Shown here: piece by piece, positions 53,792 to 64,000 of the stretch | How the letters are laid out: the number at the start of each line of letters is the position of its first letter | How positions within the stretch are numbered: the first letter of the stretch is position 1 | From: Camelus ferus | Taxonomy: Eukaryota | Assembly (NCBI RefSeq): GCF_009834535.1 | Contig: NC_045696.1 | Location: 59,026,001-59,090,000 of the forward strand | DNA: 64,000 bases | Direction of reading: 5' to 3' | Translations under genes and position numbers: made by a program | The notes under the pieces: model-generated | The model's input: only the letters and a program-made list of their open reading frames with translations | The model's database searches: none | What the model was told of the DNA's origin: nothing

Positions 53792-55509
53792 CTGGAGGGA
53801 AGGAGGACAGGAAAGCCGAGTCAGGGACCAACTCACAGAGCAGAAGTGGCGGGAGGAGCACATCCCTCAGAGAGGCTGGTGGAAATGTCCCAGGGACAAT
53901 AGTTGCCTTTATGACCGAGTGTGGGGGTTACAGATTTAGAGTTCAGGAACAATAGTTAGGAGGAGAACCAGAACAAGGTGCCTCCTTCCTCCACAGAAGA
54001 CAGATGCTAGAGAATCCAGGAGGGTGGAGCTGCTGAGAGGCCCTGGCAGGGTGAGGGAGGAAGGCCACTGGGCAGGGTACTCAGGAAGCTGTTGGGGCCT
54101 CTGGAGGGAGCTGGCTCCTGGGCAGTCAAGGGCCTGGCTTTGGTGACATGACCAGAGGAAGGAGTTGCTGACAGGACAGGAAGAAAATATCCATGCCTGG
54201 GATAAGCCTGTCCTCAGGAATGAGTGAGTCCCCACCCACAACTGTCCCAGGACCCAGCCCACATCCCACCTCCCGCCCCAAGAACCCACACCCAGGCAGC
54301 CAGCCCACAGGGCCCACCCCTCGGCCTCGGCCAGGCTCCTGAAGTTCACCCCTCACCCTGCCATCAGAAACCTGTTTCCCTCCAGCAGCAAACCTCATAT
54401 ACTTCTTAAAAGGGAAACAAATACTTATGTTAAGTAGTAACTCCATTATCTCAATGTACAAGTGAGTTACTTCTGATAATGTGCTGTCCTTCCAGGAAAG
54501 GATTCTTTGTAAACCCAAAGGAAGTCAAGCTCTCGCAACAGAATTTCAACAGAGAGACTTGCAGACGGAAAGGTCCTTATGCATGCCTTCAGTCACACAG
54601 GAGAGCTAGAGGTGGACGCTCCATCTAGGGTGGTGGTCCCCCACACTTTGAAGAGGAAATGGGAGTGACTGGGCCCTCAGAGGAGAGGTGGGATGGGCTG
54701 GAATCCTCAATCAGTCAGTCCCGTGGCTACATGTTCTTTTCCACCTGGACAGGGAGCTTCGGCAGAAGCTGATCCCAAGAGTGCTGGCCCCATCTGAACC
54801 CAGTTGCTCCTGGTAATCCATGTGGCCACAGGACCAGGTGGGAGCTGGAGCAGGATGGTGTTCCTATAAGTAACGGTCTCTGCATCTCTCGTGGGCTCAA
54901 CCCATCAGTCCCAGCAGAACTTCTCTCAACCCAGTAGGCTCAGTCCATCCGCTGCCCCTCTCCTCAAGGAATCCCCACCCTTGTTTAAGGGCTCAGGGGC
55001 CTGTGGCTCTTAGCTCCTTGCCCCGATTCCACCTCCAGCTTGAGCGCACACGGCACCTCATCGTCACCGGCTACTCTTCCACTGACTGCCAGCAGGGGGC
55101 GCCTCCTCACCTGCTGCTCCTCCTGTGCCTCAGGCCCACATCCTACCCTGTGCCCCCAGGAGCCCAGCAGGCCCCACTATGTCCATTCTTTTGTCCAGCG
55201 GATTAGGCTACTTCCAGCTCTAATCTTTTCACAGCTCAGCTGTACCAAGGATTGTTTCTAAAAGGACCCAAAGTTACTCACAAGAAAATATAAAATTAAG
55301 CTGATTACTTAAAAATTAGAACTATAAAAGCTGGTAATACAAAATGGTTTTCTAAACTAATTCTGCAAACTTATCAAGCAACACATCTATCCCTGAGTTC
55401 CATGACACTCACAGTAAAAAAAACCAAAAAACAAAAAACTGAGTACATAATTCTCCCTGCAGTATGAGGATGCCAGTCCTCTGAAGCAGGACCCTCCAGT
55501 GCTAATTTG

Positions 55510-56556
55510 CCTCTCCTCCCTTCCCTCTACACTGATATCCACTAGTTTGTTTTTCTATATTGGTGAGTCTATTTCTGTTTTGCTATATACATTCATTTGT
55601 TTTAATTTTCAGATTCCACATGTAAGTGATAACATATCATATTTGTTCTTTTCTGTCTGACTTATTTCACTAAACATAATAGTTTCATGGTCCATCCACG
55701 TTGTTGCAAATGGCAGAATTTCATTCTTTTTATGGCTCAGTAATATTCCACATCTTTATGCATTCATCTGTTGATGGACACTGGGTTACTTCCATATCTT
55801 GGCTAATGTAAATAGTGCTGCTATGAACATTACGGTGGATTTTTCTTTACAAATTGGTGTTTTCATTTTTTTCAGATATATACCCAGGAGTGGAATTACT
55901 GGATCATATGATAGTTCTATTTTTAATTTTTTGAGGAACCTCCATACTGTTTTCCATAGTGGCTATACCAATTTACATTCCCACCAACAGTGTACAAGGG
56001 TTCCCTTTCCTCCATATCCTCACCAACATTTGTTGTTTGTAGACTTTTTGATGATAACCATCCTGACAGGCATGAGGTGATATCTCACTGTTGTTTTGAT
56101 TTGCATTTCTCTAATAATTAGCAATGTTAAGCATCTTTTGGTATGCCTATTAGCCATCAGTATGTCTTCTCTGGAAAAATATCTATTCAAGTCTTCTGCC
56201 TATTTCTTGATTGGATTATTTGTTGTTGTTGTTGTTGTTGTTTTTCTTATATTGAGTTGTTTGAGCTGTTTCTATATTTTGGATATTAACCCCTTGTCAG
56301 TTGCATCATTTGCAAATATTTCCTAGTAGGTTGTCTTTTCATTTTGTTGATGGTTTCCTTTGCTATGCAAAGGCTTTTGAATTTAGTTAGGTCCCAATTG
56401 TTTGTTTTTGCTTTTATTTCTTTTGCATTAGGAGACAGATCCCCCAAAATATTGCTACAATTTATGTCAAAGAATGTTCTGTTTATGTTCCCTTCTAGGA
56501 GTTTTATGGTTTCATGTCTTACATTTAGGTATTTTATCCATTTTGAGTTTGTTTTT
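55510..56556 (-). mobile_element. Host L1 3' portion (ORF2 C-terminus and 3'UTR); continues at 59520-59695
   Basis: ttgaggaacctccatactgttttccatagtggc, tttgcatttctctaataattag; the sequence resumes colinearly (gagtttatttttgcatatggtgtgagg) after the nested insert. Confidence 0.93.
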
Positions 56557-59519
56557 TAACCTGCTCAGTTGAGTTTTTAACATATATATATTTTTTTTTT
56601 TTAATTTAAAGAATAGTCAGTTTTACAATGTTGTATCAGTTTCTGGTGTACAGCATAATGCTTCAGTCATACATGAACATACATATATTCGTTTTCATAT
56701 TCTTTTTCACCGTAAGTTAGTTACTACAAGATATTGAATATAGTTCCCTGTGCTATACAGTATAAACTTCTTGTTAATTATATCTGTTTGTTTTAGACTG
56801 GTAGTCATGTAGGCTCAAACACATCCTAAGAAGAATGAAAAAAAGAGAGAGAGAAAAAAAATCTATTATTTTCTTGCTTCCCTCTACCACCTTTTATGAT
56901 TTTGATGTCTTTTTTTTTTTATATCTTCATGTTTATTCTCTTGCAACTCATTGTAGTTCTCTCATTTCCAATTATGGTTTTCTTGTTTCTATAGCTTCCT
57001 GCTTCTTTTCTATTTAGAGTAGACCTTTCAATATTCCTTTTAGCAAAGGTTTAGTATTGCTGAACTCTTTTAGTTTTTGCTTGTCTGTGAAATTCTTTAT
57101 CTCTCCTACTCTAAAGGATAGTCTTGCCAGATAGAGTATCCTAGGTTGCAGCTTTTTCTCATTCAGGACTTTGAATATCTTGCCACTCCCTTCTAGCCAG
57201 CAGTGTTTGTGTGGAGAAATCAGCTGAAAGTATTATGGGGGTTCCCTTGTAACTAACTCTGTGTTTTTCTCTTGCTGCCTTTAGAATCATTTCTTTAACT
57301 TTGGCCATCTTAATTATAAAATGTCTTGGTGTAGGTCTGTTTGGGTTCTTCTTGTTTGGGACCCTCTGTGCTTCCTGTACTTGGATATCTGTTTCCTTCT
57401 TTAGGTTTGGAAAGTTTTCAGTTGTGATTTCTTCAAATACCTTTCAATCCCCTTTTCTCTTTCTTCTCCTTCTGGGACCCCTATTATGTTTAGGTTGGCA
57501 CACTTTATATTATCCCATAGGTCCCTTATATTGATTTCATTGGTTTTTACTTGCTTTTCTGTCTGCTGTTTTAACTGGGTGACTTCTGTTATCCTGTCTT
57601 CTAAGTTACTTATTTATCCCTCTGCATTATCTGGTCTGCTTCTGACTGTCTTAAGCTCAGCTCTTATCTCAGCCATTGAGTTTTATGTTTCTAATTGGCT
57701 TCTCTTTGTAGTTGCTATTTCTTTTTCATAGTATTCTCTGTCTCTATTCATAGACTCTCTTATTTCCTTCAGTGCTTTTATCACCCCCTTTTTGAAGTCA
57801 TGATCTAGTAGACTGTCAAGGTCTACCTCACTGTTCGCTCTTTCAGAGGACTTCTCTTGTTTTAATTGGGATGGTTCCTCTGCTTCTTCATTTTACTTAC
57901 ATTTCTCTGGCTCTGTGGATTTAGGAGTATCAGTTATCTACTGTGGTCTTGAAGGGCTGTTCTATTTTTTGTTTGTTTTTATTTAACATAGGAGGGTTCC
58001 TGTGTAGACTGTGTTCATCTAATAGTTTTGTTGCAAGGGCTGTTCTTAGTATGGATGGTTGCCATGTCTTTCTTCCATGTGTGTTGGCTGTTATCCCTTT
58101 GATTGGGGGTGTGGTTGGTGTTGTGGGGATCAGAGCTTGCTCTGGTTGTTGTTGTTGAGCAGGGCCTCCTTTTTTTGTTCTGTGGTTGTCACAGCCTTGA
58201 CAGGGACCAGGTCTGCTCTCCTGTTGCTGAAATAGAGGCTTCTAGACCCACTTCTGAGCTGTGGTATGTGGTAGGCAGGGTTGGAGAGCTTCATCTTGGA
58301 AGAAGAGTCACTGAGTGTACCTCTGCTTAAGATGTCCACTGGGAGGTGTCCTCTGTGGTGTTGTCTGTCACTTGCTACGTGGGCTTAGAAAGTAATCTTT
58401 GCTGACACTGCCTTTCTCCCCACCTTAGCTGTGGGAATGTCAGCCACCTGCTCCAGTGCCCCCCAGGTTCTGAGCCCCAGGAACCACCAGTGCAGATTTA
58501 CCAATGTCAGGCACTAAGACATGATGTAATGAGCGTGGAGTCACACACCTGAATCTATTGTGTGCCACAAGGTCAGCACAGACCCCAGCCCTGCCTCCAC
58601 ATACAGTAAGGTACAGGCTGGTACGCCAGCCTGTTGTAAATACCCATACTTGCCCCCGTCAGAACTCTGCTCACTGTCTGTTAGTCCCAGAGGTGCGGAT
58701 CCACAAAGGTAACCGAGGAGCAAATCCACCCTCTCTGCCTGGAGCTGTAAACAAATCTTTGTTCCGCCTGTGACGCTGCAGGGCCATTAGGTGTGGATTC
58801 AGCTTTCAGCCCCACCGCCAGTAGAGAACTTGGCTATCACCAAGCCCCACCTCTCTTCTCGCAAGAACACACCAACAATGGAGCCAGAGAGAGGCTATGG
58901 CGTGGTTGCATTGTGCCCCTCCCCTCCACGAACGAGCAGTAGTGCTTTTTTATGGGGGGTGGTCTCAGACTATTCTGTTCTGCATACACCCCCAGACAGA
59001 GCTCATGCTGCCCACCAGTCCCCTGAGGCTGCCTTTGTGCAGTGGGCCCCAGCTCTCTGCCCAGGCTCCTCATTGATCTCTAGCAGCCAGTCCTGGCTTG
59101 TCCCTGCCGGCTCGCATCTAGGGCTGGGAACCGCAAGGACCCCTGTGCCAGTTTCCTTTAGTTCTGTCTGCCAAGTGGCTGCCACTTTCTCCTCGGAGCC
59201 TCGGAAGCTCTGCTTCTGTCCCTGCTGACTTCCTACCTGGAGAAGGGGCGTCTCAGCGTGAGGGTGCCTTTCTTCCTATGCCACTCCCTCTCTGCAGGAC
59301 GGGTCCTGCAATAAGTTTTTCTTTTTCCTTTTTTTTTTTTTTCTTTTTTTCCCTCTTACTGGATTTTGTGAGAATCCTCCTGTATTTCAAAGCACCAGAC
59401 ACTCTGCCAGAGTGCAGTAGGTGTTCTGTGTGATTCAGTGGGTTTATAGATGTAATTCTTGGTGTATTTGTGGGAGAGGGCAAGCTGTCTCTCTACTCCG
59501 CCATCTTCACACCTCTCTC
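56557..59519 (-). mobile_element. ORF2-less L1 derivative (5'UTR + ORF1 + spacer + L1 3' end + polyA), HAL1-like, nested in an L1
   Basis: 5' end GAGAGAGGTGTGAAGATGGCGG (YY1 motif); ORF1 remnant 57891-57014; 3'UTR ~56770-56603; polyT 56591-56602; TSD gagttt(g/a)ttttt at 56545-56556 and 59520-59531. Confidence 0.85.
57014..57891 (-). pseudogene. Disrupted L1 ORF1p coding region
   Basis: Manual translation WDNIKCANLNIIGVPEGEE / ENFPNLKKETDIQVQEAQRVPNKKNPNRPTPRH / ILKAAREK..YKGTPIILSADFS, with frameshifts; ends LKGLL*. Confidence 0.88.
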
Positions 59520-59695
59520 GAGTTTATTTTTGCATATGGTGTGAGGAAATGTTCTAATTGCATTCTTTTACATGTAGCTGTCCAGTTTTCCCAGCATCAC
59601 TTATTGAAGAGGCTGACTTTTCTCCCATTGTATTTTCTTATCTCCTTTGTCATGCATAAATTGACAATAGGTGTGTGTGTGTTTACTTCTGGGTA
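59520..59695 (-). mobile_element. 5' remainder of the host L1 fragment
   Basis: tccagttttcccagcatcacttattgaagaggctg, colinear with 55510-56556. Confidence 0.88.
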
Positions 59696-60674
59696 GAAGA
59701 ACTTTGTGTTTAATCAAACTTGTATTTCTCTCTGAATAGCCAATACATTTATATGATTCAAAATGCAAATTCAAAAGGTATGCAGGAAAAGGTCTTTCAC
59801 CCTTGCCTGCTCCTAGGTGCCCAGCTCCAACTTCCCTTCCACAGAGTCTGCCATGTCATCAGTGTCTTCTAGGGATATATTATAAAAATACATATATGTT
59901 TTTATCCCCACTTTTTTTTCTTAAAACAAATGATAGCTTATTACCCAGACTGTCTTGAACCTTGCTTTTCTCACTTAATATATTTTGGGGATTATTCCAT
60001 ATTAGAAATATCAAGGACCACTTACCAGACTTCTAAGTGTCTGGAAACATACAATACCCCAGGGGCATGTGTGTCTTCTCTGCAGAGAAGGAGCATCTGG
60101 TAGACCATTACATGATACTTGTGGATTTCTTAGTGAACCCCCTAGAGAGATACAGTCCTAAAATTCTTGATTTGGAGAATTCACCACAGGCCCTACTTGT
60201 ATGTTGTTTTGTAACAGAAGGAGATAATACAGAAACTCTGAGGTCATTAAAGTCCAACAGTAACAATACCAGGTAACACCAGCAGTTAGTGGGTCAGATA
60301 CCCTATGATACACAATAGAGTGGAGCTTGAACACTAGAAAAGCAAGGAGAGGACTTGGAACTTTTAATCTGTAAGACTAATAACCACAAATCACATTTTA
60401 TCTATAGGAATTAACAAAATATATGAAGGATAAAGACATGAACTAGTTAAGAATACTTAGGAGGGCCAGTTTTCAATACTTAGAATTGGATATACAAAAC
60501 AGAAAAAAAAAAAAACAGATATAATCTCTACCTTTCTACCAGCTTCAGTTATAGTAACATCCTTCAGAATTATGTTTTGTTCTGTCCTTCAGAACCATCA
60601 GTAAAATGTCTTATCCCTTCCTGATTCCTGCCAGATTTGTATCAATGTAGCATTTGAACCTAAAGCATGAAGGT

Positions 60675-60915
60675 TTCTTTTTAGTAACAGCTTTATTGAG
60701 AAATAATTCACATACCATATAATTCATTCATTTAAAGTATTCAAGTCAGTGTTTTTAGTACAGTCACAGAATTCTGCACCCATCACTTCAATGCATTTTA
60801 GAACATTTTTATCACCCCTAAAGAAATGCTGTATCCATTTGCAGTCATTGCCCATAACCCCTCAAGTTCTCCTAGCTCTATGAAACCACCAATCTAATTT
60901 CTGTTTCTATGGATG
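60675..60915 (-). mobile_element. L1 (L1MB-type) 3' terminal fragment
   Basis: cagctttattgagaaataattcacataccatataattc...ttttagaacatttttatcacccc. Confidence 0.88.
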
Positions 60916-63690
60916 AAAGATAAGATGCTTCAGCAGGCTTATAAGCTGACTCAACACAACTGAAGAAACAAAATTAGTGATCTTGAAGATAGGTCAACAG
61001 AAATGATACAAACTTGAATACACACACAAATAAAGGGAGGTGGGGAAGAACAAAGCATCAAAGAGTTATAAGATAGTATCATATGGTCTACCATATGTGT
61101 AACTGGAATCCTAGTAGAAGAAGAAATTGAGAATGATGCAGAAGAAATATCTGAAGAAATAATGCCCAAGAATTTTCCAAGAATAATGAGATACATCAAA
61201 CCCACAGATCCAAGAGGCTCAGAGAATTCCAAGCAGTATAAATACCAAACAAAAACAATCAAACCCACCTGCACACATCATATTCAAACTGCTAAAAAAA
61301 AAAAAATCAAACATAAAGAGAAAACCTTAAAGGCAGTCAGATGGAGAGGGAGAAACATATTACATACAGAGGAAGAAAGGTAAGCATTCAAGCACACCTC
61401 TCATCTGAAACAATGCAAGCCAGAAAACATCAAAATGACATCTGAAAAGTACAGAAAGAAAAAAACTATCAACCCATGAAAATACCACTCAGAAAGTAAA
61501 AGATAAATAAAAACTTTTAAAAATAAAGGAAAACCTCAGAGAATTCATTACTCACAGAGTATCCTTCAAGAACTGTCAGAAAAAGTTCTTTAGGCAGAAG
61601 GAATATACTGGAAAGAAGCTGAGTCTAGATAAACTAAGATCTCTAGAAATGGTTAAAATGAAGGTTAACATAAGACATTTTTAAAAAATTACTCTGAAAG
61701 ATAATTGTTTAAAGTTAAAATAATAGTAATGTACCATGAGTTTATAGGATACATAGAAGAAAAATGTGTGACAGTAATATGAAAGTCGGGAAGGAAGAAC
61801 TTGCAATATAATGTTCTAAGATTTTTATACTATACACTAAGTGGTATAATATTATTTGAAGGTAACTGTGATTAAGGATGTATGTTGAACTACAGCAAAC
61901 ACTAAAAAAAATTTTTAAAGAAGTATAAACATGAAGCCAATGGTGGAGATAAAAAGAAATAATAAAAATTCTTAGTTAATACAACAGCAAGTAGAAAAAG
62001 AGGATATAGGAACAAAGAAGAGATAAAACAAATGAGACATCTAGATGGCAGATTTTAGTCCAACCATACCAATAATTACATTAAATGTAAATGGTCAAAC
62101 ATGCCAATTAAAGATTATCATATCAGATTGGATGAAAAAGCAAGACCCAATTATATACTGTCTGTAGAAAGTCCACTTTAAATATAAAGACAGAGATAGG
62201 TAAAAATAAAAGGAAAAAAAGGATAAAAATGCAAGCACCAATCAAAAGAAAACTGAAATTGCTCTCTTAATATCATAACAAGTAGATTTCAGAACAAGGA
62301 ATATTAGCATGGTTAAAGAGAGTAATTCCATAATGATGGAAAGGTAAATTCACTAACATAACACTCCTAAATGTGTATGCATATGACAATACAGACCCAA
62401 AATACAGTATTCAAAAACTCCTAGAACTAAAAGGAGAATTAAGTAAATCTACAATTATACTTGGAGACTTTAACACTCCTCTCTCAGTAATTGATTTTTT
62501 AAAAATGTATACAGAAAACAAGTAGGATATAAAAGAACTAAACACCACTATCAACCAACTTCTGAAGTGACATTATACCCAAGAAGGCAGTTTACACATT
62601 CTTTTCAAGTGCATACGAAACATTCACCTAGATAAACCATATTCAGGCCAACAAACAGACCTGAATCAATTTTTTAAAAGTGAAATCATGTAGAGATATT
62701 ATATGATCATAATGAAATTCAACTGGACGTTAATAACAGGAACATATCTGAAAAACTCCTCAAATATTTGGGGACTAAACAGCACACTTCTAAATAACCC
62801 ACAGATCAAAGAGGAAGTCACAGGATATTAAAAATACTTGAAATTGAATTATATGAAAACACAATATATCAAGTTAGGGAGGAAGTAGCTAAGGTTAGGA
62901 GGAAATTTAAAGCAACAAATGCTAATATTAGAATAAAAGAAAAGCCTCAAATCAGTGGTCTAAGCTTCCACGTTAGAAAACTAGAAAAAAGAAGAGCAAA
63001 TTAAATCCAAATCAATCAGAATGAAGGAAATAATAAAGATGAAGGCAGAAATCAATGAAATTGAAAAGAGAAAAAAATACTGATGAAATCACAAGTTTGT
63101 TCTTTGAAAAGATCATTAAAATAATGAGCCTGTAGCCAGGCTGATCAGGACAAAAAGAAAAAAATACAAACCATAATTATCAGGAATAATAGAGGGAATA
63201 TTACTACAGATCCCACACACCTTAAAAATGTAAGTAAATATTGTTAATGATTCTATGCCCATAAATTTGACAATTTAGATGAAATAGACAAATTCTGTTA
63301 AAGATACAAACAACCAAAACTCACTCAAGAAGAAATAGATAACCAGAATTAAAGAAATTTTATGAGGCCAGCATTACTTGACATGAAAATTAAAGATATT
63401 ACAAGAAAACTACAGACCAATACTCCTCATGAACATGAACACAAAATCCTCAACAAAATATTAGCAAATCAGATTTACTTATATATACATGTTTGTGTGT
63501 GTATAATTATATAAATATATAAACACATCATTATGTGGGGTTTATCCTAGAAATGTAGGGCTGGTTCAACATTTGAAAATCAATCATTATAATTTGTATC
63601 AACTGACTAAAGAAGAAAAATTATATGATCATTTCACTAGATAAATATCAAAAAATGCACCTGACAAAATTCAATTTCCATTTATGGTTC
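60916..63690 (+). mobile_element. Degraded L1: ORF1 C-terminal half, spacer, ORF2 endonuclease and start of RT
   Basis: gaagaaataatgcccaagaattttcca (ORF1 EEIMxxNFP); atacttggagactttaacactcctctctca (ILGDFNTPLS, EN); tacagaccaata (YRPI), aaaatcctcaacaaaatattagca (KILNKILA), ggctggttcaacatt (GWFNI); many stops and deletions. Confidence 0.93.
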
Positions 63691-64000
63691 TGAGTAGCTG
63701 CTTTAGTCAGAATGCAAAACACTGCCCTGCTTACAAAATAGGAACAACTCTTTTGAAGGATCCAGAAGTCCTCTCATGAGACAGGTCTCAGGTGATGTTA
63801 GAAGATGGAGTAAGGTGACAGATACACAGCAGAGACTTTAAATATATAATTGTTTCAGATACAGCTGGTTATTTAAGCAGATTTCTAATGAATAAAAGAA
63901 GAGCTTCATTATTATCAGACCTCTGGGCAAAGGCAGCTGCTTCCCATTTGAAGTGGTAAGATTCTTAAAACCACAAGTGTTCAAAATATCCTAGATAGTT

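Noticed and set aside
53454..53939. 161-aa ORF antisense to the MYLK 5'UTR exon
   Set aside because: No homology recognised; G/W-rich composition typical of random GC-rich sequence.
55799..59696. Numerous plus-strand hydrophobic ORFs
   Set aside because: Antisense translations of L1 sequence.
1..64000. CRISPR array, operon, defence system or intact autonomous transposon
   Set aside because: No regularly spaced repeats or gene-dense region; the sequence is mammalian intron and all L1 ORFs are disrupted.

Overview
Mammalian genomic DNA, almost certainly camelid: it carries tRNA-Ala-derived Vic-1-type SINEs and lineage-specific L1 3' ends. The window lies inside the 5' part of MYLK (myosin light chain kinase, long/non-muscle isoform), transcribed on the minus strand. 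I can support two MYLK exons: a non-coding 5'UTR exon (~53632-53791) and the first coding exon (23744-23911, ATG at 23908, 55 codons, start of Ig domain 1). The rest is intron, rich in L1, L2, CR1/L3, MIR, SINE, solo LTR and hAT remnants. Nearly all ORFs in the supplied track are spurious or L1 debris. No prokaryotic-type system, CRISPR array or intact transposon was found. The most notable observations are: (1) a TSD-flanked ORF2-less L1 derivative (5'UTR+ORF1 fused to the L1 3' end; HAL1-like) nested in another L1; (2) a ~255-bp CpG-undepleted, foreign-looking segment at ~40745-41000; (3) a 54-bp dispersed duplication; (4) a consensus-flanked candidate 8-nt microexon; (5) a candidate alternative MYLK first exon; (6) a 25-nt L1 insertion with a 15-bp TSD. 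Repeat family names come from memory of consensus sequences, not from a search, and boundaries without TSDs are approximate.
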